From: Candidatus Marinacidobacterium sp.
Lineage (GTDB): Bacteria > Acidobacteriota > Vicinamibacteria > Marinacidobacterales > Marinacidobacteraceae
Length of the DNA: 64,000 nt
NCBI GenBank assembly: GCA_965204755.1
Contig: OZ242011.1
Span: 2,944,001-3,008,000 of the forward strand
Reading direction: 5' to 3'
Shown here: in pieces, positions 1 to 10,116 of the stretch
Layout of the letters: each line of letters starts with the position of its first letter
How positions within the stretch are numbered: position 1 is the first letter of the stretch
Notes under the pieces: generated by a model
What the model saw: only the letters and a program-made list of their open reading frames with translations
The model's database searches: none
Told to the model about the DNA's origin: nothing
Program-made: the position numbers and the translations under genes

Positions 1-1594
1 TCGGTGGATGCATGTCTCCGATCCCGACGGAGTCAACCTCCGCACCGGGCCGATCTTCGTGAAGGCCGGGCCGCGCCGGATCTCCGCGGCGTTCCTGAAG
101 CGGTTCGAAGGCCCGGTCCTCGACCTCATCTCGCCCCACGACTGGTCGCTCGCCTCCACGGCGACTTCGCGCGCCTACGGCATCCACAGCATGCCGCACC
201 TGCGCGACCTGTTCATCCGGGGCCCGTTCGACGCGACGGGTGTTTCGGAGACTCCGAGCCGGCGGGCGATCTTCGAGTGCCGTCCGCTGAGCGAGGCGGA
301 GGCGCGTCCGTGCGCGGAGCGGATCCTGGGGCGTTTGGGCCGGCTGGCGTATCGGGGCTCGCTGACGGCGGGGAAGTTGGGTTCGCTGCTGGAGTTGTAC
401 GACGCGGGAGCGGCGGCGAACGGTTTCGAGGAGGGGATCCGGATGGGGATCGAGGGGATGCTGGCGAGCCCGAACTTCGTGTTCCGGATCGAGGAGCCGC
501 TGGACCCGCGCGAGGCGGAGTACGGGTATCCGCTTTCGGATGTGGACCTGGCGTCTCGGCTGTCGTTTTTCCTGTGGGGGACGATCCCGGACGGGGAGTT
601 GCTGGACCTGGCGGAGGCGGGGCAACTGTCGGAGCCTGCGGTGTATGAGGCTCAGGTTCGGCGGATGCTGGCGGACGGGCGTTCGGATGCGCTTTCGCGG
701 CGCTTTGCGAGCCAGTGGTTCCGGCTGCAGGACCTGGAGAAGATCAACCCGAATGTCCGTTTGTATCCGGACTTCCACCAGCAGTTGAAGACGGCGATGG
801 TGGAGGAGACGGAGCGCTTCTTCCACCACCTGGTTGCGGAGGACCGGAGCGCGTTGGAGATGTTCACGGCGGACTACACCTTCGTGAACGAGCGTTTGGC
901 GCACCACTACGGGATCCCGGGGGTTACGGGGCCGGAGCACCGGCTGGTGAGGTATCCGGACGAGAGCCGCCGGGGGGTGTTCGGCCACGGGAGCATGTTG
1001 ACGCTGACTTCGCACCCGTACCGGACTTCGGCGGTGCTGCGGGGGAAGTGGGTGATGGAGGTGCTCCTGGGGAGTCCTCCTCCTCCGCCACCGCCGAATG
1101 TTTCGGACCTGGACGCGACTCCGGCGACGGCGGACGGCCGGGAGTTGACGGCGCGGGAGCGGCTGGAGATCCACCGGGACAACCCGGCGTGCCGCTCGTG
1201 CCACCGGATGATGGACCCGATCGGGCTGGCCCTGGAGCACTTCGATGTGACGGGCCGGGTCCGGGTGAAGGACTCGGGGCAGGCGATCGACGCTTCGGGC
1301 GAGTTCTACGACGGGACGGCGATCCGGGATGTTTCGGACTTGCGGGAGGCGCTGCTGCAGCGCCCGATACCGCTGCTTCGGACTTTCACGGAGAACTTGC
1401 TGGCGTACGGGTTGGGGCGCCGGGTGGAGTATTTCGACCAGCCGCGGGTACGGGAGATCGTGCGGGAGGCGGAGGGTTCGGGGTACCGGATGTCGGCGTT
1501 CCTGCTGGGGGTGGCGCGGAGCCCGGCGTTCCTGCGCAAGGGCGGTTCGCCGGCGGAGGAGTCGGCGACGGAGGCGATTTCCGGTCAGCACTGA
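1..1594 (+). CDS. DUF1592/DUF1588/DUF1585 (PSD-domain) protein with c-type heme motif; probably 5'-truncated by the window
   Basis: Motifs LASRLSFFLW, FTADYTFVNERLAHHYGI, RTSAVLRGKWV, PPPPP and CRSCH; followed by DUF1552, the usual partner. Confidence 0.85.
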   Translation, partial: RWMHVSDPDGVNLRTGPIFVKAGPRRISAAFLKRFEGPVLDLISPHDWSLASTATSRAYGIHSMPHLRDLFIRGPFDATGVSETPSRRAIFECRPLSEAEARPCAERILGRLGRLAYRGSLTAGKLGSLLELYDAGAAANGFEEGIRMGIEGMLASPNFVFRIEEPLDPREAEYGYPLSDVDLASRLSFFLWGTIPDGELLDLAEAGQLSEPAVYEAQVRRMLADGRSDALSRRFASQWFRLQDLEKINPNVRLYPDFHQQLKTAMVEETERFFHHLVAEDRSALEMFTADYTFVNERLAHHYGIPGVTGPEHRLVRYPDESRRGVFGHGSMLTLTSHPYRTSAVLRGKWVMEVLLGSPPPPPPPNVSDLDATPATADGRELTARERLEIHRDNPACRSCHRMMDPIGLALEHFDVTGRVRVKDSGQAIDASGEFYDGTAIRDVSDLREALLQRPIPLLRTFTENLLAYGLGRRVEYFDQPRVREIVREAEGSGYRMSAFLLGVARSPAFLRKGGSPAEESATEAISGQH

Positions 1595-1637
1595 CCGGCA
1601 GAGCACGGGTTCCGGGGACGGGGCCGAGGAGAGACGG

Positions 1638-3023
1638 ATGCACTACCTGACGGGCAAGAGCCTTCCGAGGCGGAGTTTCCTGCGGGGCGCGGGGGCGGTG
1701 GTGGCGCTGCCGTTCCTGGACGCGATGGTTCCGGCGAGCGCGGCGGCGAAGGTCGCGGGCTCGGCGGACCGGACGCGCCTGGTTGCGGTGGAGATCGTGC
1801 ACGGCGCGGCGGGGAGCAACAAGTACGGCCGGGAGAACCACCTGTGGTCCCCGGAGGCGGAGGGGACGGAGTTCGACCTGTCCCGGGGGGCGCTGGCGCC
1901 GCTGGAGCCGGTTCGGGACTATGTGACGGTCGTGAGCGACTGCGATGTGGAGCCGGCGGAGGCGCGGACGGCGCGGGAGATCGGCGGCGACCACTTCCGT
2001 TCGAGCGCGGCGTTCCTGACGCAGTCGTATCCGAAGCAGACGGAGAGTTCCGATGTGTATGCCGGGACTTCCCTGGACCAGTTGTATGCGCAGCGTTTCG
2101 GGCAGGAGACTCCGATCCCTTCGATGCAGTTGTGCATCGAGACGGTGGACCAGGCCGGGGGTTGCGCGTACGGGTATGCGTGCGTGTACACGGACACGAT
2201 CAGTTGGGCTTCCCCGACGGAGCCGCTCCCGATGACGCGCGACCCCCGGATCGTGTTCGACCAGTTGTTCGGCGCGGGCGGGACGCCGGAGGGCCGGCTG
2301 GCTCGGCAGGAGGCGCGCCGGAGCGTGCTGGACTTCATCTCGGGGGAGGTGCGGGACCTGAAGCGCAGTCTGGACTCGGAGGACCTGCGGCGGATGGACC
2401 GGTACCTGACGGACATCCGGGAGATGGAGCGCCGGATCGAGCGGATCGTCGCGCGGAACACGAGCGGGGAGTTGCGTGACCTCCCGGATGCGCCTTCGGG
2501 GGTTCCGGACTCGTTCGACGAGCATGTGAAGATCATGTTCGACCTGCAGGCGTTGGCGTTCCAGTCGGACATGACGCGGGTGTTCAGTTTCAAGTTGGGT
2601 CGGGACGCGTCGAGCCGGGTGTATCCGGAGAGCGGTGAGTCGACGGCGTTCCACCCGGCCTCGCACCACGGGAACGACCCGGAGCGGGTGGAGATCCTGG
2701 GGCGGATCAACCGGTACCATGTGGGTTTGATTCCGTACTTCATGGAGAAGTTGCGGAGCATCGAGGAGGGTGACCGGACGCTCCTGGACAAGACGATGAT
2801 CGTGTACGGGTCTCCGATGGGCGATCCGAACATCCACAACCACAAGCGGGTCCCGTTCTTCGTTGCGGGCGGGGCGAACGGGGCGTTGGAGAACAACCTG
2901 CACTTGCGTGCGGCTCCGGGGACGCCTCTGGCGAATGTGATGCTGTCGCTGCTGCGGCGGTTGGGCCTGGAGGACTTGGAGAGTTTCGGGAACAGCACCG
3001 GGGAGTTCTCGCTTTCGGCGTAG
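1638..3023 (+). CDS. DUF1552 (HXXSHH) family protein
   Basis: ATG at 1638 after GAGGAG; Tat-like RRSFLRG..LPFLDAM; HPASHH; GCAYGYACVY. Confidence 0.88.
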   Translation: MHYLTGKSLPRRSFLRGAGAVVALPFLDAMVPASAAAKVAGSADRTRLVAVEIVHGAAGSNKYGRENHLWSPEAEGTEFDLSRGALAPLEPVRDYVTVVSDCDVEPAEARTAREIGGDHFRSSAAFLTQSYPKQTESSDVYAGTSLDQLYAQRFGQETPIPSMQLCIETVDQAGGCAYGYACVYTDTISWASPTEPLPMTRDPRIVFDQLFGAGGTPEGRLARQEARRSVLDFISGEVRDLKRSLDSEDLRRMDRYLTDIREMERRIERIVARNTSGELRDLPDAPSGVPDSFDEHVKIMFDLQALAFQSDMTRVFSFKLGRDASSRVYPESGESTAFHPASHHGNDPERVEILGRINRYHVGLIPYFMEKLRSIEEGDRTLLDKTMIVYGSPMGDPNIHNHKRVPFFVAGGANGALENNLHLRAAPGTPLANVMLSLLRRLGLEDLESFGNSTGEFSLSA

Positions 3024-3049
3024 GCCGGGGGCGTGACCTGGTAGCGGGA

Positions 3050-4909
3050 GTGAGGGCCATGGGCGTTCTGACGAGGACACGGGTTCTGGCGCTTTCGGCG
3101 CTGGTGAGCGCTGCGGCTCTGGCGGTGGCGGCAGCGCCGTCGTCGGGTCCGGTGTTGGAGGCGGCGAAGCGCGGGGATGTGGAGTCGGTTCGGGCGGAGT
3201 TGCGTTCGGGTGGTGATGTGAACGCGGCGGAGGGGGACGGTTTCACGGCGCTTCACTGGGCGGCGAAGCGCGGCGACGCGGAGTTGGCGGGTGTCCTGTT
3301 GTCTGCGGGAGCGGACTTCCGGGCGACGACGCGGCTGGGCGCGCACCAGCCGCTGCATGTGGCGGCGGCTGCGGGAGAGGCGGAGGTGGCGGAGGCGCTG
3401 CTGTCTGCGGGAGCGCCGGTCAGCGCGCCCACGGGAACCGGCGCCCGGCCGATCCACTTGGCCGCGGCCGCCGGCGACGAGCGAGTCGTCGCCGCCCTGG
3501 TCGCCGCCGGGGCGAATGTGGACGGGCAGGAGTCCGAGTGGGGAATGACCCCGCTCATGTTCGCCGCGGTGAAGGGGAGGTCGGAGGCCGTTACCGCCCT
3601 GTTGGAAGCGGGCGCTGACGCCGAAATCACCGCCAAGGTGCTCGACATCGTCGAGCGCGCCGAGTTCGACTCCGACGAGCGGCGGGCGCGGCAGGCCCGT
3701 TTGGCCGACCGGCGCGGCGGTACCGGCATCCTCTACGCCGAGCGTCCGGAGAACCGGGGAGCGCGCGCCGGCGGCGCGGCCGGCGCGGGCGCAGCCGCGG
3801 CGGGGACCGGAACCGGAGGCGGCGACCTGAATCCGGCCGGCCGCGCGGCCGGCGCGCCGCTCGACCCGCTGAATCCGGAAGTCGAAGAGGAAGATCCGAA
3901 CGAGCCGAAGCCGAAGACCTACGAGGAGCGTGTGGGCACCCACGGCGGCCTGACGGCGCTCCTGCTCGCCGCCCGGGAGGGGAAGATCGAGGCGGCCTCG
4001 GCGATGCTCGACGGCGGCGCCGATGTGAACCGGCGAGCCGCCGGAAGCGGCGCCACCCCGCTCCTGATGGCCACCATCAACGGCCACTTCGACCTGGCGA
4101 TGGAGTTGCTCGCGCGCGGCGCCGACCCGACGCTGGCCGACGCGCAGGGGGCGACGCCGCTCTACGGCGCGATCAACACCCAGTGGATACCCAAGGCGCG
4201 CCACCCGCAGCCGGCGGACTACCTCCAACAGGAGACCTCGCACCTGGAACTGATGCAGGCCCTGTTGGATGCCGGCGCCGATGTGAACGCCCGCATAGAC
4301 AGTTCCCTCTGGTACACGGTGTTCAATGTGGACCAACTGGGAGTGGACCGCAGCGGGGCGACCGCGTTCTGGCGCGCCGCCTATTCGCTGGACCTTCCGG
4401 CGATGAAGTTGCTCGTGGCGAACGGCGCCGACCCGCATATCCCGACGATCCGCGTCCCCGAACGGCGGCGCCTTCCCCGGATCATCCCGGAGGACGCCGA
4501 GGATCCCTCCGGCCTCCCGCCGGCCGAATACGGCGGCCCGGCGGTGTACCCGATCCATGCCGCCGCCGGAGTCGGCTACGGCCTCGGTTTGGCGGCGAAC
4601 TCACACCGTCACGCGCCGGAGGCGTGGTTCTCGGCGGTCGAATACTTGGTCGAAGAGTGCGGCGCGGATGTGACCGTCCGCGACCACAACGGCTACGGGG
4701 TCATCCACCATGCCGCTTCGCGCGGGGACAACGAGATGATCGAGTACCTCGTGGCGAAGGGCGCGGACCCGCTGCTCGTCGCCCGCACCGGCCAGACGAC
4801 GATCGACCTGGCCAACGGGCCGGTGCAGCGCATCAACCCCTTCCCGGAGACCATCGCGCTCCTCGAAAGTTACGGAGCCAAGAACAACCACGCCTGCGTC
4901 GGATGCTGA
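3050..4909 (+). CDS. Secreted ankyrin-repeat protein
   Basis: Signal-like N-terminus; many ankyrin repeats (TALHWAA, TPLMFAA, TPLLMA, GADVNA); C-terminal CVGC. Confidence 0.9.
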   Translation: MRAMGVLTRTRVLALSALVSAAALAVAAAPSSGPVLEAAKRGDVESVRAELRSGGDVNAAEGDGFTALHWAAKRGDAELAGVLLSAGADFRATTRLGAHQPLHVAAAAGEAEVAEALLSAGAPVSAPTGTGARPIHLAAAAGDERVVAALVAAGANVDGQESEWGMTPLMFAAVKGRSEAVTALLEAGADAEITAKVLDIVERAEFDSDERRARQARLADRRGGTGILYAERPENRGARAGGAAGAGAAAAGTGTGGGDLNPAGRAAGAPLDPLNPEVEEEDPNEPKPKTYEERVGTHGGLTALLLAAREGKIEAASAMLDGGADVNRRAAGSGATPLLMATINGHFDLAMELLARGADPTLADAQGATPLYGAINTQWIPKARHPQPADYLQQETSHLELMQALLDAGADVNARIDSSLWYTVFNVDQLGVDRSGATAFWRAAYSLDLPAMKLLVANGADPHIPTIRVPERRRLPRIIPEDAEDPSGLPPAEYGGPAVYPIHAAAGVGYGLGLAANSHRHAPEAWFSAVEYLVEECGADVTVRDHNGYGVIHHAASRGDNEMIEYLVAKGADPLLVARTGQTTIDLANGPVQRINPFPETIALLESYGAKNNHACVGC

Positions 4910-5961
4910 CCAAGCGAACTCTCACTTGGGGGGCTGGCGCGGTTGTCGCCTGCGCGGTCATTGCTGTCGTATGGAGTTCGTCAAGATATCGAAACCGTGT
5001 AGATGCCGCGGTCGGCGCCGAGATCGTGGCCCTTGACGCACGATTCCAAATGCTGCGTGCAATGGATCGGGCGCAGAACGCAGATGCGCTTGGGGCGTGG
5101 TTTTCGCAACGACTGGACGTTGAGGCAGCGGAAGCGTCTTTGCGCGATGCGGAGAATGTGCTCGCCGATGTTGGAGCCGAAATGACGGAACGAATCAAGA
5201 AGTACGAATCTCGGGCTAGTGGTTACGGGAGAATCGAAAGTGAACGACTAGGAGACATGGTGTCCGCCGCGCAACTGGCGAATCGCATGGCTGGCGCACC
5301 GAGAGAGATGCAAGTAGCCGTCGAGAAGGAGATCCAGTTGTCAGGGTTTGAAATAGGTCTGATGAGAAGATGGGCACAAGAGAACGCTTCCAAGGCAGAA
5401 CAGAGCCGTGCGGAAGTGGCACGTGCCGAAGAAGTGGCGTTGAAGGCCCGAGAGCGCTTCGCCGCTACGCGTCAAGCGAGCGCGATCTGGAATTCAGTGA
5501 GCGAAGAGGTAGAGCGTCGAGAGCGCACAGCTACTGGTCGGGCGGAGTCGGCCCGAGACGAAGTCCAAAACGCACTACGCTTGATCAAGGCGGAGGAAGG
5601 CTCTCCGGATGCGAAGGAGAGATCCTATCTCGCAGCATCGGCGACACTCCGAGAAGCGCTTCTCCGGAAGCGTCAGGCCATAGCCCAATTCAAGACGACT
5701 GTCCAGATTGAAGAGGCGCTCGATCACTCCGCAAGCCCGACTTCGTGGACGAACTATTGGACCAAGAAGCGACTGGCGATGTTGTGGATGCCGGATAGTC
5801 TGAGAGCAGTCGTCGAGGCCGCACAGGACGCGTTCTCCCAAGGCGCGCCTGCAGAATTGGCCGAGGATCGCGCGGCGAAGTGGGAGGCTGCCGCACGAGC
5901 GGCAGAGGCGTGGCAGCGTGCGGAACGGACAGCGACGGAGGCGTGGGAGCGGGTCGGCTAA
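4903..5961 (+). CDS. Hypothetical membrane-anchored, Ala/Glu/Arg-rich helical (coiled-coil-like) protein
   Basis: ATG overlaps the end of the ankyrin gene; one N-terminal hydrophobic segment; codon usage differs from neighbours. Confidence 0.6.
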   Translation: MLTKRTLTWGAGAVVACAVIAVVWSSSRYRNRVDAAVGAEIVALDARFQMLRAMDRAQNADALGAWFSQRLDVEAAEASLRDAENVLADVGAEMTERIKKYESRASGYGRIESERLGDMVSAAQLANRMAGAPREMQVAVEKEIQLSGFEIGLMRRWAQENASKAEQSRAEVARAEEVALKARERFAATRQASAIWNSVSEEVERRERTATGRAESARDEVQNALRLIKAEEGSPDAKERSYLAASATLREALLRKRQAIAQFKTTVQIEEALDHSASPTSWTNYWTKKRLAMLWMPDSLRAVVEAAQDAFSQGAPAELAEDRAAKWEAAARAAEAWQRAERTATEAWERVG

Positions 5962-7256
5962 GCGCCTCCGTTCCTTGGCTTCTTGATGATGACGCCCTTG
6001 GGGCGTGTGGCAACCGAGGGTCGCAAGGCGTTCATGGATGGCCCGTCCCATTGAGATCGCCGATCGTCGCTGACGAGCGCGGCGGAGAGCCGGCGTCCGA
6101 AAGACGGATTCGCTAGAAAGGACGAGCCAGACACCGTTCGCCGGACCGGCGCAAACCCGTCGAATGCAGATCGCTCATTCGGGCTGGCTCGGCGCCACTG
6201 CTTGGTGAATGGTTGGGGGGAGGCAGAAGGATCGTCGCGACGAGTGACCCAACGCGAGAGCAGGCAGGTGGAGACGTCGTCGATGAGTTTTTCGCTCCGA
6301 AGGAGCAGTCCCTCCAATGTTGCTTTTGCGTCCTCTTGGACAACATAGGTGTCGGCAGAATCGGCGTCGATGAACGCCTCGACATCGGATAGTGATGGAG
6401 ACCGGGGTAGCCGTCGTTGAGATCGAAAGCGAGCAGGGAGATGGCTAGGATTGAGTATAGTTGTGTCCGGTTCGCTATCGTGAAACTGCATTCGAAGGCC
6501 CCGATGAGTCAACATGTTTCGATAGTCCAACATCCAGTGGAGCCAGCCGCCAGCACTGTGACGGAGCACTGTGGCGCGAATCCCGGACAAGGGGTCATGG
6601 CCATCGCGATCCAGGGATTTCGGGAATGTTCGAGAGAAGGAGGCAGTCTTGATCCATTCGGGCAGTGGGTGCACGCCAATGATGAGGGCTGCCAAGCAAT
6701 CCAAGGCGCTGCAGAGGGCGCGGAGCAGCCCGTCGCGATGGATATCCGCAAGAGTGCCTCGCTGCAGGGAATCGAGTGGGCTCCGAACGGGCCCGGTAAG
6801 ACTGTCTCGCGTGGGGAAGAAGCACTCGTTCTCGGAGTGGTCCAAGTATTCGAGCCAGTGGACGCGGGCAGCAACAAGGTGCGTGGAAATACTGCTGGCG
6901 CAGACAAGGAGGTGGTCACCGATGAGGATGCGATGTGGTGTTACTTCCTTACACTGCGGAAGCCACCAGCCGATACCGTACGGCGGTGCGGTGCTAAGGT
7001 CCTCGAATACGGCCTTACGCAGGTGATGGACATGGGGTGTCTCGATGCCCAGTTTTTCCTCAAGTTCGTGCTCTTGGTGTCGCGGATCGCTACTCTGAAA
7101 CGGTTTGGCGAGGAGCGCGAGATGGGCGTCAAGCACGGTGTCGATGGGCGGTATGGTAGTCCCGAGCGAGGGCCGCATGGCCGACGCGGGAGAGAAACCA
7201 TAGCATGGGTTGCCTCGGCTGGTGGTTCGCCGATCTGGCTGCACGGGTGGCGTCAT
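5958..7256 (-). CDS. Hypothetical protein, putative HEPN-domain RNase (start uncertain)
   Basis: Helix LRALCSALDCLAALI followed by an Rx4H motif (YRNMLTHR); lower GC. Confidence 0.55.
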   Translation of the reverse strand: MTPPVQPDRRTTSRGNPCYGFSPASAMRPSLGTTIPPIDTVLDAHLALLAKPFQSSDPRHQEHELEEKLGIETPHVHHLRKAVFEDLSTAPPYGIGWWLPQCKEVTPHRILIGDHLLVCASSISTHLVAARVHWLEYLDHSENECFFPTRDSLTGPVRSPLDSLQRGTLADIHRDGLLRALCSALDCLAALIIGVHPLPEWIKTASFSRTFPKSLDRDGHDPLSGIRATVLRHSAGGWLHWMLDYRNMLTHRGLRMQFHDSEPDTTILNPSHLPARFRSQRRLPRSPSLSDVEAFIDADSADTYVVQEDAKATLEGLLLRSEKLIDDVSTCLLSRWVTRRDDPSASPQPFTKQWRRASPNERSAFDGFAPVRRTVSGSSFLANPSFGRRLSAALVSDDRRSQWDGPSMNALRPSVATRPKGVIIKKPRNGGA

Positions 7257-7316
7257 TCACTCGCGGACTTGCGAGCAGTAGAGAGATCGGTTAAGGTTCT
7301 GTAGAGGTGTTCACCG

Positions 7317-8237
7317 ATGACTGAACGACTTGGATCAGCGATTCTCGTTGTCGCCCTGATTCCCGTTGCGGCGGCAGGGCAGCCGGAGCCGGACTGGGAG
7401 GCGGTGGAGATCACGCGGGAAGAGGTCGGGAGCGGGATCCATGTGCTGTTCGGGCGGGGCGGCAACATCGCCGTCTCGACCGGGGAGGACGGCGCCCTGA
7501 TGGTGGACGACCAGTTCGCGCCGCTCACCGGGAAGATCTTGGCCTCGGTGGCGGAAGTGACCGACGATCCGGTGCGTTTCGTCGTGAACACGCACTGGCA
7601 CGGGGACCACACCGGGGGCAACGAGAACCTCGGCGAGGCCGGCGGGATCATCGTGGCCCACGAGAATGTGCGGCGCCGGATGAACCCGGCGGAGTTCGCC
7701 GATCTGGTGGGGCGAAGCGACCAGGCGCCGAAGGGCGCGCTGCCGGTCGTCACTTTCGACAGCGGCGTGACCCTGCACTGGAACGGACTCACGATCGAAG
7801 CCGTCCATCAGCCGCATGCCCACACCGACGGCGATTCGGCGATCTTCTTCGGCGGGGCGAATGTGGTCCACATGGGCGACTTGTTCTTCAACGGCGGGTT
7901 CCCGTTCATCGATGTGGACTCCGGCGGCGCGCTCGACGGCCTGATCTCGGCCGCCGAGACGGTAATCGCCCGCACCGACGGCGCGACCGTAGTCATCCCC
8001 GGCCATGGCCCGGTGACCGACCGGGCGCGGTTGATGCGCTACGCGGAGGCGCTTCGGGAGGCGCGGGAGCGCCTGACCATGAGGATCTCCGCCGGCGACA
8101 GCGAGGAAGACGCCGTAGCCGCCGTTGCCGAGATCGTCACCGGGATCGCCGAGGAACTGGGCTGGACGGTGGACACGACCGGCTTCGTGAGCGCCGAGCG
8201 CTTCGTCCGGCTGGCCTACCGCAGTCTGGCCGGCTGA
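7317..8237 (+). CDS. Secreted MBL-fold metallo-hydrolase (cyclase-like)
   Basis: THWHGDHTGGN, HAHTDGD, HMGD and PGHG motifs; signal peptide. Confidence 0.9.
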   Translation: MTERLGSAILVVALIPVAAAGQPEPDWEAVEITREEVGSGIHVLFGRGGNIAVSTGEDGALMVDDQFAPLTGKILASVAEVTDDPVRFVVNTHWHGDHTGGNENLGEAGGIIVAHENVRRRMNPAEFADLVGRSDQAPKGALPVVTFDSGVTLHWNGLTIEAVHQPHAHTDGDSAIFFGGANVVHMGDLFFNGGFPFIDVDSGGALDGLISAAETVIARTDGATVVIPGHGPVTDRARLMRYAEALREARERLTMRISAGDSEEDAVAAVAEIVTGIAEELGWTVDTTGFVSAERFVRLAYRSLAG

Positions 8238-8383
8238 GACTCCGCGCCGGACTCGCCCGCCCGGGCCGGCGTAGGCGCGCGGGAGGCTCGCCGCCGCCGC
8301 CACCCCGCGATAGCGTTCCGGCTCCCGGCGGCGCCCCGAGGGGGACTTCCCTCGACCTCGTCCGCCGCGGAAGGAGAACACCG

Positions 8384-8890
8384 ATGCATCTCGCAACCCG
8401 CCGCTCGGCGGCGCTTTCTCTCGCTTTCCTGTTGATCGGCGCGGCGGTCGGCTCGGCTCAGGACTCCGGCCGATTCCGGTTCGTGTTCGGCGGCGAACGC
8501 GACTACTCGACCGTCGAGCATCCGGACAAGACGGTCACGGTCGGCGAAATCCACGGTCTCTGGGTAGTGACCCAGGGCGACGAGACCGGCCCGTTCGTGG
8601 ACGAGGCGATCCTGCACGGCAGTTGCGCCGTCCGGGTGACCACCTCCGGAGGCGAGAGCGACATCGCCGCCGACTGCGCGCTCGAGGACGAGGAACACGA
8701 CGAGTTGTTTCTCGTCGGCACCCGCCGAAGCGGCGATGTGGCTGTCGGAGGAGGCGGCGACGGCGTCTTCACCCTGAGCGGCGGCACCGGCAAGTTCAGC
8801 GAAATCGGCGGCGTCTGCCCCTACACCGTCCACTACATGGAAGACGAAGACCTGGTCGTCTTCGCCCACTGCGACTGGACGAAGAACTGA
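8384..8890 (+). CDS. Hypothetical secreted beta-rich protein
   Basis: AAGGAG RBS; signal peptide; GGTGKF motif; four Cys. Confidence 0.7.
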   Translation: MHLATRRSAALSLAFLLIGAAVGSAQDSGRFRFVFGGERDYSTVEHPDKTVTVGEIHGLWVVTQGDETGPFVDEAILHGSCAVRVTTSGGESDIAADCALEDEEHDELFLVGTRRSGDVAVGGGGDGVFTLSGGTGKFSEIGGVCPYTVHYMEDEDLVVFAHCDWTKN

Positions 8891-9023
8891 CCGCGTAGCG
8901 AGCGCTCCCGGTGGTTCGCGCCGCCCCGGCAGATGGGCCGTGGCCGCGCGGGCACTGGATGACCTTCTTTGTCGGTTCGGTGGGGCCCGCCGGTCCTGGC
9001 TGGATGCCTCTCCGTCGACGCGA

Positions 9024-10040
9024 TCACTTCGATTGACGCGGGAAGTCTCGTGAAATCGTGCGGTCCCAGATACTGTCGAATGCTTCGGCGATGCCGTTCG
9101 GGCGAATGCCGCCGTATTCTCCGCTCGTGTGGCATATCGCGCCGCAACCGTCCTCATCGTGGAACAGCGTATGGAACGCTATCCGGTCGTTCCGTTGACG
9201 CCTCAGGTCCAACTCCTTGAGGATCACATAGTCGTGCGTCGCCAGAAACACCTGCACGCCGAGTCGGTGGAGTTTCAGGATCGCTTCAATGACGCCGCCG
9301 AGTAGAGAAGGATTCAGCGATGCCTCCGGGTGATCCCAGAACAACACGGAATCCTTTTTGAGAGTGCCGTTCCGCACCAGGAGCCAGAGCAAGCCCAGCC
9401 GTCGAAGACCGTCGGCTACGAGTGGAAACTCCAGATTGCCACGGTTGCAGTCCAAGTAGAACTCGCCATTCTCCACCCGGACTCTGCCGCCAAGGCGCAG
9501 GCCCTGAAGAACATCCTCGCGAGCGGCGTCCATCGGTACGCCGTGCGTGGTTCGGAGCGCCTGCTCGATCAGGTCCGAATGGAACTCCGGGGAGCGGGTT
9601 TCCGAGGATGATGGCCGGTTTCGAATTCCTGAGGTGCGCGACAACACTTCCTCGACCGGGATAAAGACGGCTTCCAGGGAATCATGGCGCCAAGCAGGAT
9701 CGACGCTCAGTTGCGCCGTGTTCGTCTCGCGCGAGTTCGTGGCGAATTCCAGACGCAGGCGGCGCGTCCCTCGATGCACCTCCACGGAACTGGTTTGGCC
9801 GCCGAGCCGGCGGGTGACGAGTCTCCCGATGAGCCGGTGTCGCGGTTGGAAGACGCCCACCAGTTGGTCTGCGAAGTCCTTGCCGGCGCGAGTGGCGGCG
9901 CCGGCAGCGTAGGCGACCCTCATCAAGTGCGTTTTGCCGGCGCCGTTCTTGCCGAGGAAGACATTGACGCCGGGGGAGAACTCGAGGTCGAGGTCCGTGA
10001 AGGCCGTGAAGTTCCTGAGCCGAACGCGAGTGAGGCTCAC
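9024..10040 (-). CDS. AAA_15/AAA_21-type ABC ATPase with atypical Walker B
   Basis: LRNFTAF..GVNVFLGKNGAGKT (Walker A); LFWDHPE; ATHDY (H-loop). Confidence 0.85.
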   Translation of the reverse strand: MSLTRVRLRNFTAFTDLDLEFSPGVNVFLGKNGAGKTHLMRVAYAAGAATRAGKDFADQLVGVFQPRHRLIGRLVTRRLGGQTSSVEVHRGTRRLRLEFATNSRETNTAQLSVDPAWRHDSLEAVFIPVEEVLSRTSGIRNRPSSSETRSPEFHSDLIEQALRTTHGVPMDAAREDVLQGLRLGGRVRVENGEFYLDCNRGNLEFPLVADGLRRLGLLWLLVRNGTLKKDSVLFWDHPEASLNPSLLGGVIEAILKLHRLGVQVFLATHDYVILKELDLRRQRNDRIAFHTLFHDEDGCGAICHTSGEYGGIRPNGIAEAFDSIWDRTISRDFPRQSK

Positions 10041-10116
10041 GGTCTCGCGTGGGGCGAAATGGCCGCGGGGAAGACGAGGTCGGTCGTTGGCGGCGGAGAA
10101 AGCGATACGCGTTTGG

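Noticed and set aside
6417-7304. 295-aa plus-strand ORF
   Set aside because: Antisense to the HEPN-like ORF and has no recognisable motif.
4903-7316. Integron cassette or IS-bounded element
   Set aside because: No attC-like structure, terminal inverted repeats, target duplication, integrase or transposase could be identified.
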